DNA of 43,663 bases, taken from contig CAJXMS010000001.1 in assembly GCA_913056475.1 (NCBI GenBank), positions 1-43,663 on the forward strand. Reading direction: 5' to 3'. The notes beneath the pieces are model-generated. The model made no database searches. It saw only the letters and a list, made by a program, of their open reading frames with translations, and was not told the DNA's origin. Positions 11,201 to 18,364 of this stretch are shown here, piece after piece. The stretch's first letter is position 1, and each line of letters begins with the position of its first letter. This stretch comes from an uncultured Bacteroidota bacterium (GTDB lineage: Bacteria > Bacteroidota > Bacteroidia > Flavobacteriales > Schleiferiaceae). The translations under genes and the position numbers were made by a program.

Positions 11201-12707
11201 AACCGAAGAAGATACCACCGACGAGGAGCCCAGTATCTTTGAGAAAATCCTGGCCCAAACAGCCCGCGTAGGAATGCTGCTCAAAAGTGCATCCGGGACC
11301 TACTCCCGCAGCCAAGGACAGATCTTGCCCGGCTTCCGCCATAATCCCCAGCTAGTAGGCCTCTCCGCGCCTACCAATAATTATGCCCCCGGCTTTGGCT
11401 TTACGGCGGGAAGCCAGCGCGACATCCGGGAACTGGCCGTTCGCAATGATTGGCTCGTCCTCAATGAAGACCTGAATAATCAATACAACCGCACCTTTAC
11501 CGAAAACATGAACTTCCGCGTTACCGCAGAGCCGTTAAAGGATTTCCGCATCATCCTTACCGCGCAGCAAAACAGCTCCAGCAACCTCAGCGAATTTTTC
11601 CGCTTTAATGACTCTATTCTTCAGCCGGACGGGACCTACGATCGCGGTTTTGAGAGCCAGAACACCTTTCAGCAGCGTTCTTTTTCCACTAGTTTTTTCA
11701 CCCTCAATACCGCCTTTAGCAGTGTAGAAAACCCCGATTTTGAGAGCCCGCTCTACGAGCAGTTCTTAGAAAACCGCCTTACGGTATCCCGCCGTTTGGC
11801 CAATCGCCTGGAACGCACCGGCCAGTCTGGCGACCTTGCCGTGACGGGCTATGAGGCCGAGCTTACCGGTAGTCCGGACTCCTCCAATTATGGCTATCGC
11901 TACTATAGCGTAGCCTCCCAGCCCGTTTTGATCACCTCCTTCCTGGCCGCCTACTCCGGCAATAGCGTGGAAAATTATGACTTGGGGGTGGAAAGCCGGA
12001 CCCCACTGCCCAACTGGCAAATAAATTACGATGGCCTCAATAAGCTGGACTTTATCAAAAAGTGGACCCAGAGCATCGTCCTTAAGCACACCTACCGCAG
12101 CACCTACTCCGCTAATAATATCACTACCAATCTATTGCGGCAAAAGGAACTGCAGGACTTTCCCCTCCAGGTGCCCCTGGACAATAATGGCGATCTGCTC
12201 CAGCCCAATCAAATCTCGGTCATCACCATTTCCGAGCAGTTTTCGCCCCTTATTGGTTTTGACGCCAAGCTGAAAAACAAAACCACCTTCCGCCTGGAAT
12301 ATAAACGGGATCGCAATATTGCGCTGAACCTTACCAACAATCAGATAACCGAAACCTACGGCCAGGAGTGGGTCATTGGAGCCGGCTATATAATTCCCGA
12401 CGTAAAGCTTAAATTTGTCAAATTAGGCAAGCGCAAAACCTCTCCGCAATCCAATTTGGAACTCAGAGCCGACGTGAGTCTGCGCAATAATGTTACCATC
12501 ATCCGCAAAATCCTGGAAGACGTGGTCCAGCCTACGGGGGGTCAACGCACCACCTCCGTAAAGCTCTCTGCTGATTACCAAATAAGCAGCCGGGTGCAAG
12601 CCAAGCTCTTTTACAATCTCAATGCGACCGAATTTCAAACCTCCCAGGCTTATCCCCTTACCACCAACCAGTTTGGCATCAGTGTCCGCCTTAACCTCGG
12701 TCGCTAA
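5289..12707 (+). CDS. sprA: T9SS translocon / gliding motility protein SprA
   Basis: This 2472-aa giant beta-barrel protein has a signal peptide. Its start overlaps the ruvA stop (TAATG), and ruvA-sprA synteny is typical of Flavobacteriia. The sequence reads SprA-like throughout (e.g. KLELGNVNLPVNSSLITGAQSLFGVKGQFQFGKL). Confidence 0.95.
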   Translation: MFGRLSGSLFLLGVPLLMVLQAARPVRAHLAYGQMSFPQQAKSDTNDPDTTLPYPFQQGQTGGVYGSGPGNVSEVVRFNPETGLYEVVTKIGSLEPKPPMVMTPEEYQDYVARKQANDYWKSKAQQNTGDQGDKDQDSDGLIPQITVDKEFFRRIFGSSTIDIRPQGYAELRFGGRLQKIDNPIIPERNRSTFTFDFDQRIQMNVTGNVGDKMKINFNYDTEATFNFENQVKLEYTGKEDEIIKKLELGNVNLPVNSSLITGAQSLFGVKGQFQFGKLTLTSVVSEQQSQTQSVNVQGGATTTEFEIWGDEYEANKHFFLSHYFRDNYEDFLENAPLITSPVQITKIEVWVTNTNQNTQDTRNLIAFMDLGENRGRAYRQDSLPGPDIFDNTATNGNLPDNLVNDLAPRTLENNYPGVRQVGQANAALNAAGFEEATDYIDLANARKLRPSEYDYNPQLGYVSLNSPLNQDEVLAVAFQYTANGRTFQVGEFSTDGVSPPQNLVVKMLKSTILDVSLPMWDLMMKNIYSLSAFQVSANDFRMQVMYRNDETGTPVPFLPETNLRDELLLRVMELDKVNNNNDPTPDGFFDFIPGVTIRPQNGRIIFPVLEPFGGNLRDKLNTKEMREQYVFSELYDSTRFVAQNQTNLNKYLIKGQFKSNSSSEIKLNAFNIPRGSVSVTAGGTQLTEGQDYTVDYNLGRVKILNEGILNSGIPIKVNYENNALFNFQTKTFAGLNADYRVNDNLNLGASVVHLNEKPLTQKVNLGDEPIANTMIGVNGNYDKEAPFLTRFVDAIPFIDTKAKSNINIQGEVARMLPGSPRGIEIGDEPTTYLDDFESSQTTIDIRNPMPWRLASVPGGQPNLFPEADLNSIASGFNRARLAWYTIDPLFHNNPSRTPDNITDNPRLQSTNDVRLVLIEEVFPNLDLDQSSPLNLATLDLAYYPSERGPYNLDVAPTGVSAGINTEGELESPGTRWAGIMRGINSTNFEQQNIEFVQFWMLNPFVGNDDPPDGGDFYINLGSISEDILKDAQQAIENGIPTDGTQQGLDSTRWGFATNVRPPVVAFGNDPNARDLQDVGYDLIDDEQEENWAGDPQYSNYLQRIANSLGQASQAYQQALEDPFADNFQYYRGDDLDQAGADILDRYRYYNNPEGNSDPTAVGGVTAFATNLPDIEDLNQDQTLSKTESYYQYKVSLRPEDLDEVGKNYITNITRTTSPEQPDGNQYQAEWIQFKVPVFNPDKTVGNIGDFRSIRFIRLFLKNFSQPVVLRFARMEFVRSEWRRYRFSLDGTRERLSQDDQENTLFEVNAVNIEQNGSRNPIPYVVPPGIDRQVLFGTTSANQQNEQALSLRILGLEDGDARAVFRNLDFDMRLYKRMKLFTHLESAAETDNLQDGDLTVFIRLGADYNLNYYEYEIPMEVTPWGSSDPNDVWPQANRFDFPLDILKEVKLERNRVYNQTGAPISDPFTRPRLNGNVTVVGQPNLGNVRTVLIGVRNPKKRLAGDGDDGLTKSAEVWINELRLTEFDQKGGWAANARVAATLADFANVSVSGRASTVGFGSLDQNVSEFQQEEVRAYNLQSSFQLGKFFSQESGLRIPMFFGRSEEWITPRFNPLDPDIEFDRALNNIENPNDQDSLQEAAQNYTRRRSLNFTNVRKTRSGKGQNNPMPWDVENISLTYSFNEVFRRNINTVFDRSVQHSGNINYTYRTKPLSVEPFKNIKWLQAQELAFIRDFNFYFYPKSFSAILKANRSYTSMQMRNTDALLSDIPSNLIGELEPTYNKNFTLNRDYNMLFDLSKSLRFDYNARMQSRVDELAGPPNSDSNRTEVMDNLRNLGRPINYHQTMNLTWEVPLSKFPLLDFATASATYTADYDWRAPSQTTRQRQGNTGGGNPGNPGGNNNQFNVNFGNTIQNNRQIRINSNFNFRSLYNKVPYLKEVLSQDQNKGGGGQRRRNNFLDRPGANLSAQNRKPQTEEDTTDEEPSIFEKILAQTARVGMLLKSASGTYSRSQGQILPGFRHNPQLVGLSAPTNNYAPGFGFTAGSQRDIRELAVRNDWLVLNEDLNNQYNRTFTENMNFRVTAEPLKDFRIILTAQQNSSSNLSEFFRFNDSILQPDGTYDRGFESQNTFQQRSFSTSFFTLNTAFSSVENPDFESPLYEQFLENRLTVSRRLANRLERTGQSGDLAVTGYEAELTGSPDSSNYGYRYYSVASQPVLITSFLAAYSGNSVENYDLGVESRTPLPNWQINYDGLNKLDFIKKWTQSIVLKHTYRSTYSANNITTNLLRQKELQDFPLQVPLDNNGDLLQPNQISVITISEQFSPLIGFDAKLKNKTTFRLEYKRDRNIALNLTNNQITETYGQEWVIGAGYIIPDVKLKFVKLGKRKTSPQSNLELRADVSLRNNVTIIRKILEDVVQPTGGQRTTSVKLSADYQISSRVQAKLFYNLNATEFQTSQAYPLTTNQFGISVRLNLGR

Positions 12708-12753
12708 GCTTAAAATAAAGGCGCAAAAACCCCGGCCATTTTCCCCATTGCTG

Positions 12754-12761
12754 TACATTTG
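12754..12761 (+). promoter_or_regulatory. Candidate -7 promoter box (TAnnTTTG) for gcvH
   Basis: tacatttg lies 22 nt upstream of the ATG at 12783. The tracked TTG start at 12759 is the last three bases of this box, which argues for the ATG start. Confidence 0.35.
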
Positions 12762-12782
12762 TCCGCAAAGAGATCCCTGCTA

Positions 12783-13160
12783 ATGAATTTTCCAGAACAA
12801 CTCAAGTACACCAAAGACCACGAGTGGGTCAAAATTGAAGGAGATACCGCTACCGTGGGCATTACAGACTTTGCCCAAAGTGAGTTGGGCGACATTGTCT
12901 TTATCGAAGTAGAAACCGAAGGCGAGTCCCTGGATCAAGAAGAGGTATTTGGTTCCATCGAAGCCGTCAAAACCGTTTCGGACCTCTTCATGCCGGTATC
13001 CGGCGAGGTGACCGAATTCAATGAAGAGCTGGAAGAAACACCTGAGCTCGTCAATGAGGACCCGTACGAAAAAGGCTGGATCGTAAAGATCAAACTGAGC
13101 GACCCCGCCGAAGCCGAAGCCCTTATGAGCGCTGCCGATTACCAGGCCACCGTAGAGTAG
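12783..13160 (+). CDS. gcvH: Glycine cleavage system protein H
   Basis: The sequence is [42 protein letters not shown], with lipoyl-lysine context [18 protein letters not shown]. The tracked ORF starts 24 nt earlier at a TTG. Confidence 0.95.
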   Translation: MNFPEQLKYTKDHEWVKIEGDTATVGITDFAQSELGDIVFIEVETEGESLDQEEVFGSIEAVKTVSDLFMPVSGEVTEFNEELEETPELVNEDPYEKGWIVKIKLSDPAEAEALMSAADYQATVE

Positions 13161-13558
13161 TGTCTTCCCGCGCAAAACCCCCGTCTTGGCAGTACTTTAT
13201 GCCGGCTTTGGTCTGGGGCTTAATCCTGTCGTATTTCACGCTGCTCCCTTCCGATCAGCTGCCCGACAATATGCGCGCCCTCAATGACCTCTACATCCAT
13301 GCCGCCATTTATTTCTTTAGTGCATTCCTGTTGGTGCTTGGTTTTCAGCGCTTCCAGATCAATCGGCGCCTGAGCCTGCGGCAGCAGGCCCTGATTTTAT
13401 TCCTCTGTGTGGCCTACGGAGGCCTCATCGAGATCTTGCAAGGTACCCTGGTACCGGGAAGAGCCGCACAATGGTCCGATTTCTGGGCCAATGCCCTGGG
13501 CGCACTGCTCATCTTGATACTGCTGCGCGGGGTGCACCAAGTGTTTAAAAAGGCCTGA
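13160..13558 (+). CDS. VanZ-like membrane protein
   Basis: It is a small four-TM protein with GGLIEILQGTLVPGRAAQWSDFWANALG, resembling VanZ family members. The GTG start overlaps the gcvH stop by 1 nt. An alternative ATG lies at 13199. Confidence 0.6.
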   Translation: MSSRAKPPSWQYFMPALVWGLILSYFTLLPSDQLPDNMRALNDLYIHAAIYFFSAFLLVLGFQRFQINRRLSLRQQALILFLCVAYGGLIEILQGTLVPGRAAQWSDFWANALGALLILILLRGVHQVFKKA

Positions 13559-13700
13559 CGGCCAAAGGAGTAAGCCGGCCCAAAAGCAAAGGGAATGGCT
13601 TAAAAGAGGCCCCCTGCCACACGAAACAGCCAAAAGACCCGTTCTCTTTTTGGATAACTGATGGGAATATCAATATCTTTAACCCCTCAAACCAATATGC

Positions 13701-14399
13701 ATGAAGCCTAAGAAGTCAGCCAAAGCGGACCTGGAAAATTACCGCTCCCTCTTTTTACAGTCGGGATTGGTCGTGGCCCTGCTCTTGTGCATCTTCCTGA
13801 TCCAATACAAAACCTACGAGAAGCAAGCCAAGGATCTGGGAGAAGTAGAAGTAGACGTGGAAGACGAAGTAGTCCCCATTACACAACGACAAACCAAGCC
13901 GCCCCCACCTCCGCCACCGCCGCCACCCGAAGTGATCGAGGTGGTAGAAGATGACGTAGAGCTCGATGATGAGCTCGAAATAGAATCTACCGAAACCGAT
14001 ATGATGGAAGAGGTAGAGCCCATCGAAATGGAACAGGAACAATCTTCCGAGGTGCTAAATTTCGCGGTTGTTGAATCTGTTCCCGTTTTCCCGGGCTGTG
14101 AAGATGCGAGCGATAAAAAGCAGTGCTTCAATCAGCAAATCATGAAGTACGTGGGCCGCAACTTTGAGTTTCCGGAAATGGCCAAGCAAATGGGCATTCA
14201 AGGGCGCGTATACGTGAGCTTCATCGTCGAGAAAGATGGCGACTTTTCCAATATCGAAGTAGTCCGCGGAGTAGATCCGATGATTGATAAGGAAGCCATT
14301 CGCGTGGTAAAATCTATGCCCAAAGTGACGCCCGCCAAGCAACGGGGACGCCCGGTGCGCATGAGTTTTACCCTGCCCATTAACGCTAAGCTTCAATAA
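13701..14399 (+). CDS. Energy transducer TonB
   Basis: It has an N-terminal TM anchor, a run of 10 prolines, an acidic linker, and a C-terminal TonB domain (FPEMAKQMGIQGRVYVSFIVEKDGDFSNIEVVRGVDPMIDKEAIRVV). Confidence 0.85.
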   Translation: MKPKKSAKADLENYRSLFLQSGLVVALLLCIFLIQYKTYEKQAKDLGEVEVDVEDEVVPITQRQTKPPPPPPPPPPEVIEVVEDDVELDDELEIESTETDMMEEVEPIEMEQEQSSEVLNFAVVESVPVFPGCEDASDKKQCFNQQIMKYVGRNFEFPEMAKQMGIQGRVYVSFIVEKDGDFSNIEVVRGVDPMIDKEAIRVVKSMPKVTPAKQRGRPVRMSFTLPINAKLQ

Positions 14400-14424
14400 A
14401 AAAATAGCCCATAATTGCTTAACC

Positions 14425-14454
14425 AAAGGCCCTGCGCAGTCAGGGCCTTTTTTA
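14425..14454 (+). terminator. Rho-independent terminator
   Basis: The stem aaaggccctg / cagggccttt has a 6-nt loop and a T run. Confidence 0.8.
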
Positions 14455-14517
14455 ATGAGTGTAGGTCTAGAAAGTCTAGTCTCACCGGCGGCGTGGAGTT
14501 CGCCCTCAAAATGCGCA

Positions 14518-14534
14518 TCTCGCCAGTGGCGAGA
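14518..14534. other. Perfect 7-bp hairpin inside a long non-coding spacer
   Basis: tctcgcc-agt-ggcgaga. It is flanked by complementary agtctc (14478-14483) and gagact (14531-14536). Confidence 0.5.
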
Positions 14535-14636
14535 CTGCCCCCTTCGGCGTCCTACTGGTGCCTCTTTCCTGAACTTACTAGACGAGACACGCGAGCGTAC
14601 GGATAAATATTAATTAGTCTCATCAACTATATTCCC

Positions 14637-15455
14637 ATGGAACAGACCGAAACCAAAGTTCTTTTATTAGACGCCGTTGCCGCGGCGCGCCAAGCCAGTG
14701 TGGAAATTCTGGAAATATACGAAGGTGCCTTCTCCGTAGAGTACAAAGAAGACGATTCGCCCCTCACCATTGCGGACAAGCGGGCCCATAATGCTATAAG
14801 TAAGGCCCTAAAGCCTACGGGAATTCCAATCCTCAGTGAGGAAGGGAGGGATATACCCTACGCCGACCGTGAGCAATGGCGGGACCTCTGGATTGTAGAT
14901 CCGCTCGATGGAACCAAGGAGTTTGTTAAGCAAAATGGGGAGTTTACCGTAAACATTGCCCTGGTAGAACGAGGGGTTCCGGTATTGGGGGTGATTTTTG
15001 TCCCCGTGGAGGAAACCCTCTATTTCGCGGGGCAAGGCCTGGGGGCTTTCCGGCTGGATCAAGCTGCCCATGGCGAAGATTTTGAGCGCTGGGACGAACT
15101 TACCGCCAAGGCCACCCCGCTGCCCGAAAAGCAGGAGCGGCCCTTTACCATGGTAGGCAGTCGTAGCCATATGAACGAAGAAACGGCTGCTTTTTTTGAT
15201 AACATGCGCCGGGAGCATCCCGATCTCGAAATCGTATCCCGCGGCAGTAGCCTCAAAATTTGCATGGTGGCCGAGGGAAGCGCCGATGTTTATCCGCGCT
15301 TTGCCCCCACCATGGAGTGGGATACCGCCGCCGGCCACGCTATTGCCAAAGAGAGTGGCCTGGAAATTTATCAAGCCGAGCATGGCGAAACCCCGCTTCA
15401 GTACAATAAAGCGGACTTACTCAATCCCTGGTTTATCGTCAAGCAAAAAGCTTAG
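14637..15455 (+). CDS. cysQ: 3'(2'),5'-bisphosphate nucleotidase CysQ (inositol monophosphatase family)
   Basis: Motifs are ILSEEG, WIVDPLDGTKEF and GSSLKICMVAEGSADVYPRFAPTMEWDTAAGHAI. Confidence 0.85.
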   Translation: MEQTETKVLLLDAVAAARQASVEILEIYEGAFSVEYKEDDSPLTIADKRAHNAISKALKPTGIPILSEEGRDIPYADREQWRDLWIVDPLDGTKEFVKQNGEFTVNIALVERGVPVLGVIFVPVEETLYFAGQGLGAFRLDQAAHGEDFERWDELTAKATPLPEKQERPFTMVGSRSHMNEETAAFFDNMRREHPDLEIVSRGSSLKICMVAEGSADVYPRFAPTMEWDTAAGHAIAKESGLEIYQAEHGETPLQYNKADLLNPWFIVKQKA

Positions 15456-15483
15456 AAAGATTCTAAGTTAGAATCATTCTATC
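15451..15483. promoter_or_regulatory. Tandem TTAGAA-N3-TTCTAA palindrome array (operator or terminator candidate)
   Basis: cTTAGAAagaTTCTAAgTTAGAAtcaTTCTAtc carries four alternating half-sites, i.e. two 16-bp inverted-repeat units in tandem. It overlaps the cysQ stop and ends next to a TTG (15484-15486) placed 20 nt before the -7 box. Confidence 0.4.
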
Positions 15484-15506
15484 TTGGGAAACGCTTCCCC
15501 ATGCTG

Positions 15507-15514
15507 TACTTTTG
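15507..15514 (+). promoter_or_regulatory. Candidate -7 promoter box (TAnnTTTG) for the cyoE-oxidase accessory operon
   Basis: tacttttg lies 22 nt upstream of the start at 15537. A TTG at 15484-15486 sits at -33-like spacing. Confidence 0.4.
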
Positions 15515-15536
15515 CCCTTTCAAAATCCTCCCCTAA

Positions 15537-16436
15537 TTGGCGCAGTCCCGCACGCATGCTCTGGCCCTTTTAAACCCCGCTAAATGGGCAGCCGTAGCTG
15601 AGCTTACCAAAGCCCGGCTCAACCTTAGTGTGGTCTATTCTGCGCTGGCCGGGTATTTTTTAGGGGCCGGAACCCTGGAATGGTTGCCCTTGCTCTTCCT
15701 GTCTTTGGGGGGCTACCTGGTAGTGGGTGGTGCCAATGGTTTTAATCAGGTCATTGAACGCGATCGGGACAAAAAAATGCAGCGCACGCAAAACCGGCCC
15801 ATTCCCACGGGAAGGCTTTCGGTAATGGAGGCCATGATAGCTTCTACGCTCATGGCTCTTGTGGGGCTTTTCTTGCTTTACCTGATCAATCCATTGGCTT
15901 TCACATTTGGCGCCGGCGCCTTGTTTATCTACGCCGTGGTTTATACGCCCTTAAAGGCAGGCGGCCCCTTGGCGGTGTTCGTGGGGGCTATTCCCGGTGC
16001 AATCCCCGCTTTACTGGGCTGGGTGGCCGCGACCAATGACTTCGACGTTGAGCCGGGTACCTTATTTGCCATTCAGTTTCTCTGGCAGTTTACTCACTTT
16101 TGGGCGATAGCCTGGGTGGCCTATGATGACTACGGCCGGGCGGGCTATAATTTACTTCCCTCCGGTAAACGCGATGCGAAAAGCGCCCGGCAAATCATCC
16201 TTTACACCATCGCGCTGGTTACGGTTTCCATCCTTCCGGCCTGGGGCTTGACCGGTGGCCTCACCCTCTCGCTTTGGGGAGGGGTGGTGGCCTTACTCCT
16301 CGGCTTGGCTCTACTGGTTCTGGCGGTACAATTGGCCCGGGGACGTCAAAAGCAAGATGCCCGCCGGCTTATGATCGGCAGTGTGGTGTACCTGCCCCTC
16401 TTACAGTTACTTTACGTAATCGATAAATTCATTTAG
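15537..16436 (+). CDS. cyoE: Protoheme IX farnesyltransferase (heme O synthase)
   Basis: This UbiA-family protein has NGFNQVIERDRDKKMQRTQNRPIPTGRLS, is multi-TM, and has an apparent TTG start. Confidence 0.9.
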   Translation: MAQSRTHALALLNPAKWAAVAELTKARLNLSVVYSALAGYFLGAGTLEWLPLLFLSLGGYLVVGGANGFNQVIERDRDKKMQRTQNRPIPTGRLSVMEAMIASTLMALVGLFLLYLINPLAFTFGAGALFIYAVVYTPLKAGGPLAVFVGAIPGAIPALLGWVAATNDFDVEPGTLFAIQFLWQFTHFWAIAWVAYDDYGRAGYNLLPSGKRDAKSARQIILYTIALVTVSILPAWGLTGGLTLSLWGGVVALLLGLALLVLAVQLARGRQKQDARRLMIGSVVYLPLLQLLYVIDKFI

Positions 16437-16438
16437 GC

Positions 16439-17020
16439 GTGGCTGAACTCCTACCCGAACAAAAAAAGAAGGTCCAAAAGCCCCTCCTCTGGGTAGGTTT
16501 AGCCAGCATTGCTATGACTTTTGCCGGGCTCACCAGTGGCTATGTGGTAAGCCGCTCTTCCCTCCTGGCCGATAATGAATGGCTGCAGTTTGCCCTGCCT
16601 ACGGAGTTTACCGCCGCCACCGTGGTTATACTGCTCAGCAGCGTTACTATGATCTGGGCCGTAAATCGATTCCGGCGTGGCTATCGGCAAACGGGGCTGC
16701 TGGCCCTCGTGCTCACCTTTCTCCTGGGATTTTCCTTTGCCTTTCTTCAATACTATGGCTGGCAAGACCTGCTCGACCGAGGCTTGTTCTTTACCGGGCC
16801 CAAAAGCAATACGGCCATTAGCTGGGTGTATGTCATCACCTTTCTCCACTGGCTTCACCTTATCTCCGGGCTTTTTGTGCTTTTATTTACCCTGCATAAG
16901 GCCCGTCTGGGGAAGTATACGGCCCAAGATTCTCAAGGCGTAGCGGTAAGTGGCATCTACTGGCATTTTTTGGATGGCCTCTGGATTTACCTCTTCCTTT
17001 TTTTATCTTTTATTCGCTAA
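16439..17020 (+). CDS. Heme-copper oxidase subunit III family protein
   Basis: It has five TM segments and the C-terminus GIYWHFLDGLWIYLFLFLSFI typical of subunit III. It has a GTG start. Confidence 0.8.
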   Translation: MAELLPEQKKKVQKPLLWVGLASIAMTFAGLTSGYVVSRSSLLADNEWLQFALPTEFTAATVVILLSSVTMIWAVNRFRRGYRQTGLLALVLTFLLGFSFAFLQYYGWQDLLDRGLFFTGPKSNTAISWVYVITFLHWLHLISGLFVLLFTLHKARLGKYTAQDSQGVAVSGIYWHFLDGLWIYLFLFLSFIR

Positions 17021-17041
17021 ACTTGCAAAAAAATTACGCAC

Positions 17042-17968
17042 ATGGCCAACGGAGCTGCAATTGAGCAATCAAACACCCCACTTTGGGGTGGGGGGCGCCA
17101 GCCTTTTGGGGCTAGTTATGGAAAACTGATGATGTGGTTTTTCCTGATCTCTGATGCCCTTACCTTTTCCGGTTTTCTTACGGCGGTAGGGCTCTTCCGC
17201 TTTCGCTACGAAGAAACCTGGCCGGTGGCCGAAAATGTATACACGCACTTCCCTTTTCTCTCCGGCGATCATCCCCTCCTCTTCGTCGCCCTGATGACCT
17301 TTATCCTCATTCTGAGTTCGGTTACCATGGTACTGGCCGTAAATGCGGGCCACCATATGAACAAAAAAGGGGTTGTTCTTTGGCTAGGACTCACCATCAT
17401 AGGTGGTTTTACTTTCCTCGGCTCCCAGGCCTACGAGTGGTATCACTTCATTAAAGGCGCCAAAGGAGCCGTTCAGATAAAGGATTCCAGTGTATTGTAT
17501 TTCACTTCCGCCGGCGGAACGGGGGAGATCATGAGCCTCTACGAACTGGTAAACGGGCAGAAAAGACCCCATGATGCTCCCCATGCCCATTTCAATACGG
17601 AGCAAATTCGGCAGGCCTTCTCCCAAAATAAAAATGCCACCCTCATGTACCCCGGTAAAGAAGGCCAGCGCCTGGAACGATCGGAAGCCGCCTCCTTAAT
17701 GGCCGATGCCGAAGTGGTGCAAGGAGCCAATATGCGGGTAAATGAATATGGCAATAACCTTTTTGCCAACTTCTTCTTCTTCGTGACCGGTTTTCACGGT
17801 ACCCACGTTCTCTCCGGCGTTATCCTTAATATTATCATTTTCATAAACGTGATCAAAGGGACCTACGAGCGCCGGGGGCATTATGAAATGGTAGAAAAAG
17901 TGGGCCTTTACTGGCACTTTGTGGACCTGGTATGGGTCTTTGTTTTCACCTTCTTTTACCTGGTATAA
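17042..17968 (+). CDS. Cytochrome c oxidase subunit III
   Basis: Motifs are GFHGTHVLSGV and GLYWHFVDLVWVFVFTFFYLV. It contains a roughly 100-aa hydrophilic insert between TM helices. Confidence 0.85.
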   Translation: MANGAAIEQSNTPLWGGGRQPFGASYGKLMMWFFLISDALTFSGFLTAVGLFRFRYEETWPVAENVYTHFPFLSGDHPLLFVALMTFILILSSVTMVLAVNAGHHMNKKGVVLWLGLTIIGGFTFLGSQAYEWYHFIKGAKGAVQIKDSSVLYFTSAGGTGEIMSLYELVNGQKRPHDAPHAHFNTEQIRQAFSQNKNATLMYPGKEGQRLERSEAASLMADAEVVQGANMRVNEYGNNLFANFFFFVTGFHGTHVLSGVILNIIIFINVIKGTYERRGHYEMVEKVGLYWHFVDLVWVFVFTFFYLV

Positions 17969-18009
17969 CCGTGCGCCCCTGCGCTTAATCATACTCAAAT
18001 CGCATTAGC

Positions 18010-18363
18010 ATGTCTGAAAATCATAACCTTCCCAGCGAGCACCACGAAAGCCCTGAAGGCACGGGCTGGATCTGGAAAGTATTCTGGATCCTGCTCATCG
18101 TTACTACCGTTGAGGTAGTCTTGGGTATCATCAAGCCGCCTTTTCTGATGTTTGAGTTACTGGGTACTTCCCTGCTCAACATCATCTTTATAGTCCTTAC
18201 CATCTTAAAAGCTTACTACATCGTAGCCGAGTTCATGCACCTTAAATTTGAAAGGAGTAACCTGGTATGGACCATTGCCTTGCCCGTACTTATCCTTATC
18301 CCTTATTTGGCATTTATTTTGCTCACAGAAGGGGCGTATCTAAATCAGTTCCTTCAGCAATAA
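18010..18363 (+). CDS. Cytochrome c oxidase subunit IV family protein
   Basis: It is a small three-TM protein placed directly after the subunit III genes. Motif: LKAYYIVAEFMHLK. Confidence 0.75.
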   Translation: MSENHNLPSEHHESPEGTGWIWKVFWILLIVTTVEVVLGIIKPPFLMFELLGTSLLNIIFIVLTILKAYYIVAEFMHLKFERSNLVWTIALPVLILIPYLAFILLTEGAYLNQFLQQ

Positions 18364-18364
18364 T

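Noticed and set aside
12708-12782. A possible glycine riboswitch upstream of gcvH.
   Set aside because: The spacer is only 75 nt and is largely occupied by the promoter box, which is too short for a glycine aptamer. No conserved aptamer core is visible.
13899-13928. A CCN-rich nucleotide repeat.
   Set aside because: It simply encodes the 10-proline linker of TonB and is not an independent repeat element.
14415-14606. A 63-aa ORF in the tonB-cysQ spacer.
   Set aside because: It starts inside the TonB terminator hairpin, has no promoter box and an odd composition. The region is better explained as structured non-coding DNA.
14477-14622. 8-bp direct repeats (tagtctca at 14477-14484 and 14615-14622; agctgagt at 31331-31338 and 31464-31471) as target-site duplications of MITE-like insertions.
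   Set aside because: The bracketed segments have no terminal inverted repeats. A single 8-mer repeat within a 150-250-nt spacer is also reasonably likely by chance. I kept it only as a note under the spacer findings.
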